From positions 88,051-152,050 of the forward strand of contig NMRA01000128.1 in the NCBI GenBank assembly GCA_002633005.1: a stretch of DNA of 64,000 nt, given 5' to 3'. The DNA comes from Phoronis australis. Its lineage: Eukaryota; Animalia; Phoronida. The notes below the pieces were generated by a model. The model had not been told where the DNA came from. It did not search any database and worked only from the letters and a program-made list of their open reading frames with translations. Shown here in pieces: positions 12,830 to 24,117 of the stretch; positions within the stretch are counted from its first letter, which is position 1, and each line of letters opens with the position of its first letter. Made by a program: the position numbers and the translations under genes.

Positions 12830-13907
12830 AACTTGATTTGCGTGTCACCTGCTTCATGTCAAGAGCACCTCATGTAAATCCAGGTTTGGGTTGGCCAGTC
12901 TACGCATTGCATTCAACAAACAGGAAATTTTTGTCAAGTACATGACGCTAAATTACCATAAAACAAAGGAGAAATGGGAAGCTCAGGCAACATAAACTAT
13001 TTGTAGATGAACAGAATTGCAAAAGGAACATATTAACTATACACATAAGAAAAATAAGACTATGTTTGGAGTCATAGTGATTATTACCCGAAACCGAAAT
13101 AAAGAGTAAAATCATAAGACTTGAAACTATGGTAACAGACAGTGACTGGAGAAACAGTTAATAAGAGTTGTTTGTGAGATACTACTAGTCTATGCCATGC
13201 ATGACAATTAGTGACGTCCTTGACCAGCCTTGGACAATCAGTACTGATTGAAGAACTACTGCAGTGATGAGAAGAAGGGATGGTTACCATGGAAACACTT
13301 ACAGGCTTGTGTCCTTCCTTGGCAGACTACTCGTGGCAGTTAATAATTGGAGACAAGTTAATGACAGCATAATAACCAACAAGTAAGCACAATTAACAGG
13401 AAATCAGATTCAACTCGAGCATTAGATAATTATGTATAACATAAAAGAATATTATATATTAAGAAGATTACTAAAAATCAAAAAATGGACAGTTAATAGA
13501 AGGTATTTCATACTCTTACAAGCATTGATTAACTCTATCCCCCCTACCCCCCTCCCCCGTCACAATTTTTTGTCAAAATAGGAACATTTAACAGCCGGGT
13601 ATTGGTACTTTCCAGCAGTGTGAACAGTTTAATCCACTTTGGCAGAACTATCGGTAGCGTCCACATTATACAGTTTTATAACGCAATCACTAAAACCCAT
13701 CTATGCAAGGCTCCTGGATCTAATCCTTTTACTCAGAATCGAAGTCGAAACTATTTTTAACATTTTCCTTACCACTTATTTGGTTACCACTAAAGACATT
13801 ACTCTGTGCTGGAGTATTATATGGTTAAACTGGATAACTACTATTTTGTACTTGATGCCACCTCAGCATTAAAGCTACACGTTTGAGTATGAACTTGAAA
13901 TGCTGAG

Positions 13908-13954
13908 TTTATTTATTCATTTATTTATTTATTTACTTATTTATTTATTATTAT
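13908..13954. repeat. Imperfect (TTTA)n microsatellite
   Basis: Read directly from the sequence. Confidence 0.9.
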
Positions 13955-14805
13955 GAGGATATCCCCAGCAGTTAACACTGCTTTCCATGAGCCTGAGATT
14001 TTACTCAAAATCTTGAATTTTTATATGAGTTTTTAGCTTGAATCAAGGGGTCATCAATTGCGAATTTGGACTACACAAAGGTTTGTGAAATCCAACACAT
14101 TCTAATGCAAAGTAATGGATAATTATCTTGAGTTAGCGTCAAAAGTAAAGGGAAATGCCAAATGCATTTTTAATGCTATTTCAAGCAAAGATTAGATCGC
14201 AGGACCTGGTATGAAACCCATCTAGCAAGTATGTAAGCCCAAGTAAAAGGATGAATGCGGATGTTTAACTTTTCGTGTCATGCCATGCAGCTTTTTATGG
14301 GTCCTCTTACACATGACTAGAATGAGGTATTACGGGAAATATGAACAGAACAAACATTGCGTAACTATGATACTCAGCCATGCTTGACTTAACACCCACC
14401 TGCAAAATTTGCACTTCTAAATGCCTTTACTCGGATTAACCCCACGGTACCCCAATTTAAAAGCCTAAGTGTCTTGTGTCGTGCCAATTTTGACTACAAA
14501 AGTGTAGGAAATGAACTTAACCTTGAGAATCGAACAAATTTCAGTAGCATCTTGATGCTATGTTTAATGCTACGTTATATACAATTCTTACACACAAGTC
14601 TGATGTGTTTTCCTGAGGCGACCGTTCTGTTTAACATTCAACCCCTGATTTTTGAGTTTCCAATTTTAGTGCCTTAATATGGGTTAGTACAGAACATTTT
14701 CATAAGTTTTATTATTCATCATGACTTCATACACATGTAAGAGGAGCCACAAATATTAAAACGTCAACATCCAACCAACAGCGTTCATTTTACTGATGAG
14801 GGTCA

Positions 14806-15040
14806 ATTGGAGACTTTCAAATAGCAACATGGTGATCACGTTGTCACGTGGGACTGGATACTAGTGGCCTCTAGAGGATGTGCAAGCACTTTCATTTTTG
14901 TTTATAACGCATCACGGCTGTAAAAGGGCCTTGTTATGAAGTCTGAGATATTTCCCATTCCACTCACTTGGAAAAAAGAAGTACCTCTTGGAACAGCAAG
15001 GTGGTGATAACAGTCACCAGCCCCACATGATCAACCTTAA
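14806..15040. mobile_element. Diverged copy of the MITE at 5135-5384
   Basis: Shares ggagactttca, gatactagtg.cctctagagga and atgaagtc blocks in the same order. Confidence 0.55.
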
Positions 15041-16032
15041 CAGCTAACTGCTCATTGACCTTGAGCTGTGAGCTGGCTTACGTGAAAGATAGGCAATGCC
15101 TCGAGTAATGTGACAATGGATCACCACGAATTTTAAAGACATTATGGCACAGTTACATTAATCCGCCAATGGGCCGAAAACTAACCCTGCTATACTGAAG
15201 AACACAGACATTCTTTATTCGTAAAGCATTATATTTTGATATATTCCGGTCCCCCACCCCTCAAGTTTACTTTTGCTGAACTCACTACATGAGTTTCATG
15301 ATAACATTGAATATTCACATCAAAATGTCAAGTGACGCCAATGAATACTCATTTAAGGTGAAAGCAGATGGATAGAACTGAAACAAAATGTCACACCATG
15401 GTTACAAGTAGTTAATTAATGTGAAGAGCCATTAGCTTACCTGGATACCCCAGTGTATAAGAGAAAGTAAATGGCGTAGGAATTACCCCTGCGTTAAAGG
15501 CCCTTCAACTTTGGTAAAACATAGCTATTTTCTGATACTGAGGTGACATGTTGAACTCTGCAGTATCACTACATGGCGATAGAGCATTTTGTGTGCAAAT
15601 GTGCAGACCCATTTATAGTTTACACAAAACATAGAGTCCTTTAATTCTTTGCCATCGCAAAGCAGTTGAATCACCGATGTTTGATGAAATTTACAAAATT
15701 CGTAACAAGATGGACATGTGCTTGACTCAGGACTTTTGGCTTACCTGTGTGGAAAATATTAATGAAAGTATTAAATCAAAAAGGAAGCCAACGCACTCGA
15801 CCACAAATAGAGACAACACATTTGGTGACAAATTGCTCTCAAAAACTAAAACAAATTTATGCCATCTAAGTGAAAAAATACCCAAAATAATGGATGTCCA
15901 AAGCAGTATAATGTACATTGCTTCAGTATTTTGACAATATTTCTCGCAGGCAAACTACATTGAAAATACAACTGCATTTAATGCTCACGAAGTTTATGAC
16001 TATCTTTAGTCAAGGTCACAAATATTATGGCA

Positions 16033-16786
16033 AATGGTTTCGAAGCCGTGAAAGAACAGACCTCAACTCTATTTCAAATATCGAAAGAACTATGCTTTGT
16101 TTTTGTTAACCATTAAACGGATATATTTTCTGAAAGGAGAAAGATCAAGGATTCTAAAAATATTACTGTCACATGACCATGTCATTAAGTCAAAATTTCA
16201 TGTGCAAGAAAGGTACATTCATAGAAAAATAACCCCCCAGCTGATTTTACTAAAACTTTAGTTTTTATTTGAAAACTTAACGATATGTCTCACAAACACC
16301 GTTAGGACTATGCTTTACATTGCATAGTTTTCGGGTACCGAGCGATATACGAATAAGACCGCTGATTTTTTTACAAAATTACCTTGTGTTTTCCGAGTTA
16401 ATTTGGCATAAAACCCGAACTATGTGAATGATTTTTTAAAAAAATTACCTTGTGTTTTCTGAGTTAATTTGGCATAAAACCCGAACTAAGTGAATAATTA
16501 AAAGCCGCTAACAGCGTTTTTGAGACATAATGCAAAGCTTTCTCGTAAAAAAGTTTTAGTAAAATCCGCTGTGAGGCTATTTTCCTATGAATGTACCTTT
16601 CACGCACATCAAAATTTGACTTAAAAAGCAAGGTTATGTGACAGTAATAAAGGCAGCCAGAAGCATATTTTTTGAATCCTTGATCTTTTGCCTTTCAGAA
16701 AATTTAAACTTTTAATGGTTGACAAAGCATATTTTTTGATACCTGAATTAGAGTTGAGGTCATTCATTAAGATCCTCGATAACATT
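16033..16786. mobile_element. Foldback element with diverged inverted arms of about 270 bp
   Basis: Arms at about 16033-16305 and 16505-16786 (for example gaaaggtacattcatag / ctatgaatgtacctttc). Central direct repeat of about 55 bp at 16375 and 16442. Confidence 0.8.
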
Positions 16787-16894
16787 AAAACGTCTGTGAT
16801 CAGGTGTTTGATGAAACTTTCAAAACCAGATTTGCACAAAATCGAAACTGAGAAAATGGGCGTACAATGATATTGAATCCTTCATTTCCTTTAC

Positions 16895-16972
16895 CTTCTG
16901 CATATCCTTCCAGTAGAGGATGTGTCCTTTTGGATCCACCTTGAGAGTAACTGGCACTCCTTGGGCAGCATC
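16895..16972 (-). CDS. PLCB: Phospholipase C-beta, second coding exon (PH domain)
   Basis: 78 bp, phase 0/0, ttttgttgttacag|...|gtaaag. Reads DAAQGVPVTLKVDPKGHILYWKDMQK (compare PLCB1 [26 protein letters not shown]). Confidence 0.95.
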
Positions 16973-17213
16973 CTGTAACAACAAAATATCCCATAATTCA
17001 CTTAATTAAGGATTGGCAGAAAAGTCGCAGAAAAACAACACCCATGTTCATGTCAATGGTAAGTGTGAGTGCATTTCATGGTTTACATAGTTGCCAATAT
17101 TCGAAAACAATAAAAAAAGAAAATTTGATGCTGAGGCCCCAATGTCCTGGATGAGTTGGCAGCTGTGTTTATACTGAAAGAAAACAAAGTGCAAGTGAAG
17201 TTAAAGAATGACA

Positions 17214-17277
17214 TAGTGACCTACTCAGGTTAGAATGGTGCACTGGCAGCCAAAAGGTTCCAGCTTCAAACCCGTTA
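17214..17277 (+). mobile_element. Possible degenerate tRNA-derived SINE head
   Basis: A-box-like tgacctactcagg and B-box-like gcttcaaaccc at tRNA-like spacing, without a full cloverleaf. A similar B-box (gagttcaaatcc) occurs near 49098. Confidence 0.3.
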
Positions 17278-18304
17278 TTCATTAGAAAAAATACAACCAG
17301 AGTGCCGACCATGAATGTACCAGATTCCCATGCTTGTTTTTTTAAGAAGGCTGTAACACCTGACGTTGGCCAGAGAAATGACTGACAGAAATGTGGTGCC
17401 AATGTACATAGGCTTAAGTTAAGTATAAATAAACCAATAAATTTCAGGAATGATTAAGTGTTCACTACATCCTGACTCCCATAAAATTAGGAAGACAAAA
17501 GAAAATGCTCATTATGGGAATTTAATGGTCTTAAAGTTGTTGTACAAGAAATCCTGGGATGAGTCTTCTTAACCCTACACAAAGGCGAGATTAAACCAAA
17601 CTGGGTTTAACAGAAGTTCAGGTTTGATGGTGAGACACACCTTGTCACTAGATGGTGGTAGGGTAGTGGCCGAACAATGTCCTGCATTCCTGTATGCATT
17701 TACTGCAATCATGGCAAATTGTATTTCTTCCCTATCAACTCTACCTGTATTGATCTGATGATTACAATTTTGTGGTCTTACAACATGAAATAATTGTATG
17801 TAAAATGTTTCCAATTGAAGATATTTGCCGCATCATACACTAGGCACAGGGAGCACTTTGTCCGTCGAGTCAAAGTCTGGACAGGATATACCAGATAGGA
17901 TTCGAAAAATCTACATAGCAGAAATGCTAATGTGGAATCTTGCAAATTTCAGGACAAAGCAACTGCTAAAATTTCCCCCATTATGAATCTTCGTGGGCTT
18001 CTAATATTGTTGTGAATGTCCACGATTTAAATAAAATCATATTGAGTCTGCTGGCTATTAACCCAAATGGTTACTTTACTTGATGTGAGAGTGTGATTAA
18101 TGTTCACTATCAATTGCTCCACAGGAAACTTTATCATTTTCTAAATCAGCTCTTCATAATAATAGTCCGGTCCCTTAGCAGCCAAAAACCCCAAAACATT
18201 TAAGCACCAAATTTGGTACACAGATTCTTTGGGACACGCTGAATCTCATGGGGGTCGGTTGCCCGAAATTTGAGGTCAAGGTCAAGGTCAAATCAAGGTC
18301 AAAN

Positions 18305-18707
18305 CAGTCCGAAATGGGGACTCAACTAAGGTCCCTGAGTCTTTTTGCGTATTTGTGTTTTTGTGGACTCACAGATGAAATATTTTTCTATCAATTCATC
18401 TTTATTATGATCTCTTTGATTAATGACGTTTTCTAATGATATCACTAATAACTGAGCCCAGATTTCATTGAAAATAAATAGGGAGCCAGTCCTTAAATTG
18501 GGGGTGTTGCATGAAAAGATCCCTAATTATTTTCGACAATTTTGACAATTCAATGTAGAGTTCACTCTCGATTTGTATCAAAGTCAAAAGTTGACGTAGT
18601 AATGGTACTAAATCAATACAAGAAAGGGCAATCGATGTTTTCACGAGTCCAAAAATACGCAGACAATTTAGAGAACCCTATTTGGGACTGTTTCATGCAA
18701 CTGGGCA
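18305..18707 (-). mobile_element. Harbinger-like MITE family B, inverted copy truncated at the N join
   Basis: Reverse-complement homologue of 11778-12177. Ends tttcatgcaactgggca followed by CTG. Confidence 0.85.
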
Positions 18708-18805
18708 CTGGCCCCCTAGCATTCCCACTCAATATCTTCATTCCTCTCCCATTTCACGAAAGCACCAAAATTGTTTTATACTAAATACATTTCATCTGCT
18801 TACAG

Positions 18806-18937
18806 GAAGTTGGAGAATCCATTCTACTCACGTTACAACAAGCGCTCGGGGATGCCTTTACTAGTGACGTAAAACAGGCATGGGCAAACATTTACGGTGT
18901 CATCGCAAGAACCATGGCCGTTGGAATGGCAACTTAA
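18806..18937 (+). CDS. Terminal exon of a neuroglobin-like globin (G and H helices); upstream exons absent
   Basis: Acceptor catctgcttacag, then EVGESILLTLQQALGDAFTSDVKQAWANIYGVIARTMAVGMAT-stop. Matches neuroglobin [37 protein letters not shown] and starts at the conserved phase-0 G7.0 globin intron position. Confidence 0.88.
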   Translation, partial: EVGESILLTLQQALGDAFTSDVKQAWANIYGVIARTMAVGMAT

Positions 18938-20058
18938 AAATCTCACTCACGAACATTGCGCACAGTACAGTCTTCGCCTGCTTATAGAACTTGACATTTC
19001 ACGATTGAGAGCTGTTGTCCTGGTTTAAGTAATTTCATTTATTGTTTTTAACTTGTTTTATTGTAAAGAAAATCGACCACATGAAGACAGTACGGGGTAT
19101 TGAAATTTCATTGGGGACCAACTTCTTCTCTAGCTCATCGTATTCTAGTCCAGTTTCCTTATGAAATCAACTTTCAAGTAATTCATGAAGTATTAGTTAA
19201 AGTTTTATATCGCCTTGTTTATCTAACTTACTTGATCTTTTAGTCTAAAAATCGGTCTCGTAATATTCATTACCAAGACAAGAATCCATTTCCGTTACCA
19301 ACTAAAGTCATAAGCAATGCACCAGTTTCGACTTTAGTCCGGTCCCTTAGCAGCCAAAAACCCCAAAACATTTACACCCAGGATTAAAGCACCAAATTTG
19401 GTACACAGATACTTTGGGACACGCTGAATCTCATGGGGGTCGGTTGCCCGAAATTTGAGGTCAAGGTCAAGGTCAAATCAAGGTCAAAGGTCATGTGGGT
19501 AATTTTTTTGAAATGGCTTCAGACGAAATATCTGTTTCATTACTGTTTCAGGTGATAAGCAAGAGGCTTTATTTTGATTTAAAATTAATGTTAATAAGTT
19601 GTACAAATAAGTTAAAAGTAAAAAAGTAATTTTCCTGACACTTACGATGGTAATTATCCTAATTAATATAGCATATACATTTTCAATGAAAAATAAGTCT
19701 AATTGTTTTCTCTGGCTGAGAAAAACTGTTAAACTAGTATGAATATGCATTAAATCAACTCTAAAATGTTTTACCTTTAACAGAAATTCATTTTTAAATG
19801 TTTTTGTTACAATATTTATGGTTAATTATGTAACAAATTGTCTCCGAAATTAAAAGGATATCGGACATCTTGCTAAATTTTCAAAGAACAATTGCTGAAA
19901 CTTTTATCATCATTTTTAATTTGATCATAGCTGAAGGTAACTTTGTTAATTAATGTGTTTATATTTTAGTTTGAACTTGATTGTCACATAAACTAAACCA
20001 ATTAAAGTAATTTAGGTCATTCATGGTTTCCTGTAGAATGAAATAAAAAATCAGGTTT

Positions 20059-20242
20059 TACAGCACACATCACGAATTTTTGTCCGACCGGTCGGAAATT
20101 GGTCGACGACCGGCCGTCTAGCTGACCAGCAGCCGACCAACAATGGTCTGCTAGAAGCCGTCTGCTGATTCGCCTCTGCGGTCGGCACTTGGGTCGGCAA
20201 AGTGGTCGCCTAGAATAGACGACCGATTATGCGTGTCCTGGG
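20059..20242. mobile_element. EnSpm/CACTA-like MITE nested in Academ
   Basis: CpG-rich, with many ccgacc/ggtcgg subterminal repeats. Right end tgtcctggg; degenerate left end cagcacaca. Confidence 0.5.
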
Positions 20243-21655
20243 TCGGCAATTACCATTTTACGACTTAGCGGGTGAGCTTTGGCCAAACAAACATTTAACC
20301 ATTTGCTGTTCGTTCACCAGTGGCCTCTCCGGTCTTGACATCGGTTTATCAACTTTTGTTCACCTTGAAAGGTGGTAAAATCGAATCAACCTACAAATAC
20401 GAAATGCGTGAAATTGCACCAACGTAAACTTTATGTTGAATTGCTGACGGCGTTGTAAAATCAAAAGTAAAATGATGTCGTGGAAACATAATTTCGCACT
20501 CTAGATGTGAAACTTTTCATACAATATGCATAAAACGTATCAACAACCACGGAATTTGAAATGTGTCAGTAAATTTGCATACAGTTCCAGGGCCATAGGA
20601 AGCGGGGCAAGGGGGGGGGGGGCGAGGGGCACGGGCCCCCTCAAAAATTTTCAGGCGTCTGGGTTAAACCGTGGCAACCCACATAGGCGTGGTGCCAGGA
20701 ACAGTCGAGAGAATAAAGACTGCGAAAAACGGATAAAAGAGAAAATTCAAGAGAATTTTTAACAAATCTGCATCAGTGCACGGTTTACCTTTTGAGAACA
20801 CTGGCCAGGACACTGTCGTTAGGGTCTTAGCTTTTGCAGCACAGATCGTCTAAACGCAAGAGAGAATTTGTAAAGCGAAGCTTTTGCAGAGCGTACTAAT
20901 TTAATGGATGTTTAGATTCAATCTGTCAAATTTTGCGAATGCAAAACTATATTTTTCTAGAGGCCCCTCTCTGGTAAGGGATAACGGAGACATCTTTCGC
21001 TTTATTTTTTTTTCTCGAAACTGTATATCACTTGAGAAAAATTGATGACCTGACAGATAACATCAATTGCTGCGCATTTCCTGATATTTGAAAATATAGA
21101 TATTTTCATGTTTAGGGGCCTCGCTTTTGAAGGAGGCCATTGACGACATGCAAGTGGCCATCTTTTTGTGTTTTTATTAAGAAATTCTAACGGGGCCGCC
21201 CACGGTGAAAGGGCCAATGTTGGAATCGATTACCTCCATTTTCCTGGGTTTTTTTTTTTGTAAAATCGTGCTTTCATGGTGGAGGAGGTCACTCCCTGCA
21301 TCGATTTGGGACCACACGAGGGTGAAATGAACTGTCACGTTTTTCCAAGCTTATCGATGTTTAGCCTTTCATCTCCTTAAAAGGTGTCCCATTTCAGATG
21401 GTACCCTCTCTCGGTGGAGCAGTTCGGGGGAAATGTCCCTTTGTATACATGTATATCTGCGCGTGCACGACAGGTGTACACAGGCACTGTGTCTGCGCGT
21501 GCACGACAGGTGTACACAATCAGTTATGGTTGATAAAATTTATTAAAAATGATTCTTTAAAATAGATTAATTTCGATTATTTCTAAGAATGGTATGCCAT
21601 GTTATAAGATGTTGATAAGAATTAATATTAACGAAAGGTGTAATATAAGATCTAN

Positions 21656-22325
21656 TTGGTGTTTTGATCAGTTTAAGGCTTTGCAGCCAGCAATTCTAGT
21701 ACGGGTAGTGGTTAAAGCTGGAAAGAACGCGTGGGAGCTCTTTGCCAGAAGCGTGTTTGACCAGCTTGGGTACGATTTGTGTGTAGCTCTACCAGTTTCA
21801 TGCCTTAACAGGGTCGGACACAACATCCCAGTTCTATGGAAAAGGAAAGAAAACAGCATGGAAGACATGGAAAGCTAACCCTGATGCTACTCAGGCATTC
21901 TCATGCCGGCAATTTTAATTCCTTTCAGCAACTCACCATCGACAGTCAGGAGTTCAAACCAAATGACATTTACATGTCTCGTTTATCATCGAAAAGCCAA
22001 AACCAGCCAGGTCAATACTTTACAAAAGGAGCTTTCCCCAAAAAGTTCAGATCATGCCAAATTTATCGCTTACCCAATCTCCACTGATAAAGAATGTTAA
22101 CAAATGCTTGTATCAAGCTGGCAGAGGGGTCCAGAGGGGTTTGGATGGCAGAGAGACACAGACCAACAATGGACACCAGGCTGGACAGACATGCCTGAAG
22201 TCTCCAAAGCTGGTAAGCTGCTCATTAAGTGTGGTTGCAATAGCTTACAACTATGCGGCAAGTGATGTGGATGTGATTCCTTAGCATGCACAACCCTTAT
22301 CAAATGCCAGGGAACATGTCAGTGA
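21656..22325 (+). pseudogene. Degenerate AcademX transposase C-terminus (XPG-like H3TH motif and Cys-rich finger)
   Basis: Frameshifted pieces: LGYDLCVALP / FHALTGSDTTSQFYGKGKKTAWKTWK and GFGWQRDTDQQWTPGWTDMPEVSKAGKLLIKCGCNSLQLCGK*CGCDSLACTTLIKCQGTCQ*. Confidence 0.8.
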
Positions 22326-23022
22326 CATGGTTTGTTTTGGCGCAAAGGAACATATGACAGTGTTAATTGAATTATGTGAGCTACAGTGACAATTTGACAT
22401 TAATCCGTTTTATTATGTTGATATTATAAGCAGTTGACAATCGGTTTATATTATGTAGACAGGAGCTAGAACAAGCATATATTAACGTCATTTATCAAAG
22501 CTGGCCTCCGAGTTATTGGTAGTCTGTCAAGTGCTATGCATGTATTGGTCTCTTTATCATAACATCAACTGAATTTTCATAAAAAACTGTACAAATTAAT
22601 GATAAATCGAGTTCATTTTTGGTAAGAAAACCTATTTGTTTTTGTATTATTAGTCTTGCACCAGATCAAAATAGATGGTTTTGTAAAAATCGTAGTTGGT
22701 TCGTTAAATTTTGGCCGCCATATTGGATTTATGCAAATGAGGGGTTTACATATTATAAGGAAAATATGTTGCAATGTCATTTTGATAGAATTCTAGTGAA
22801 GAAAGTACCATTACCTAGCCTTAAAATGTGTGATCACCTCTTTAAGCAACCAAAGAAGTGTTACTTGGCGGCCATTTTGTTTTTCAAGATTTGACCTTGA
22901 CCTTGACCTCAAAATTTGGGCAACCGACCCCCATGAGATTCAGCATGTCAAAAAGTACCAGTGTGCCAAATTTGGTGCTTTAATCCGAGGTGTAAACGTT
23001 TTCGGGTTAAGGGCCTGGACTA

Positions 23023-23185
23023 CATGTTTTAGGGTTAAAAACACTTTCTCCACAGGCGTAGTTATACTTTGAAAGCGGTCACCGAATTCGTATCCTTTGT
23101 TAAAGCTAATATCGACAATATACACCAAACTGACAAACCTATTGGCAACACACAATGTAACAAAACTAGGTGTAAAATGTGTAAC
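23023..23185 (+). mobile_element. Penelope-like retroelement fragment (RT-to-GIY-YIG linker)
   Basis: VKNTFSTGVVIL*KRSPN / FVKANIDNIHQTDKPIGNTQCNKTRCKMCN resembles the RR..N....LV.A...G...C...RC..C linker of Penelope elements. Confidence 0.5.
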
Positions 23186-23264
23186 NTCAAAAAGTACCAG
23201 TGTGCCAAATTTCTTGCTTTAATCCGAGGTGTAAACGTTTTCGGGTTAAGGGCCTGGACTATAA

Positions 23265-23644
23265 AGAAATTTTCATACTAGCTTCCACACGTTGATGTTT
23301 TGGAAGTTGCGGTCAGTATGGACGGTTAACTTCGGCGGGTTAACTTTGCAGTAAACAGGTGGATTTAACAGTGCAGCATCAACGCGTTGACGCTGCGATG
23401 CAGTGTGAACGGTCAATTTCTGTCTCATCGAAGTTATCGCCTGGGGTCACTGCTATCTTCAACAATAAAAAAGTGGTGTCATCGCTAGTAGTCGCTTATA
23501 TCTTGCTCAAATAATCAACAATCAAATTTGAAATAAGTTTTATGTCAATTAGCACACGTAAATGTTGTCAATTGTCACATTAAAACATGTTAGCACCAAC
23601 GGGATGCATCAGTGTTACCTTGTGATTATTTCGATGACGGCAGC
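23265..23644 (+). mobile_element. Harbinger-like MITE family A, left-hand fragment
   Basis: Shares tttcatact, agttgcggtcagtatg.acgg and aagttttatgtca.ttagca with 56514-56823 and 3612-3896. Confidence 0.7.
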
Positions 23645-24117
23645 ATTGATTGTCACTATGTAAAACCATATTATTATTCAAATCCTTGATAATTTGGGTA
23701 GTCGACAATGTGAATGAAAGTGTTACTTGAATGTCTGCAATCACGTGACCATGTTATTTTGTAAAAAAATCACAATTTTCCATGAAAACCACCATAACTT
23801 CCATCATTTTTCCTACGAGGGCAGTAAATTCTGTTTACTTGGTCTCTAAGCTACAAAATGGTTTCTGGGATTTTTTAAGGCTTCTGAGCCTGAGGTCCCA
23901 ACAGTCAAAAATCAAGACCTCAACTTTCCGTGAACAACGCGGAGATCTTGATTTTTGACAGCGGAGTTCTCGTGAAAGTGAAAGTTATGGAAGTTTCCAT
24001 GGAAAAAAATGTGTTCGTGTGATTGCAAACGTTCGAGCAACACTTTCATTCACGTTTTCGACTTCCCTTATTATCAAGGATTCAAAAAATATATGGTTTC
24101 ACATACTGACAATCAAT
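23645..24117. mobile_element. Foldback element with arms of about 150 bp and an inner palindrome
   Basis: Ends attgattgtca.tatgt.aaaccatat / atatggtttcacatactgacaatcaat. Inner gtcaaaaatcaaga...tcttgatttttgac at about 23904-23959. Confidence 0.8.

Larger units (their letters stand above)
18163..23261 (+). mobile_element. Academ (AcademX) DNA transposon insertion; interior assembled from several copies
   Basis: TAG...CTA termini, imperfect TIRs of about 140 bp (tagtccggtccctta / taagggcctggacta) and a 3-bp TSD TAA at 18160-18162 and 23262-23264. Extra ends at 19335 and 23022 have non-matching flanks. An XPG/Cys-rich transposase remnant lies inside. Confidence 0.8.

Noticed and set aside
11778-18707. 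Inverted pair of family-B MITEs flanking exon 2 as a circRNA driver
   Set aside because: The second copy lies on the contig that TSD logic suggests belongs to another locus.
18735-18775. Minus-strand NFGAFVKWER resembling PLC-beta exon 1 (KFVKWDD)
   Set aside because: No splice donor after the motif, no MAGA-like start, and it lies in the globin intron on a probably foreign contig.
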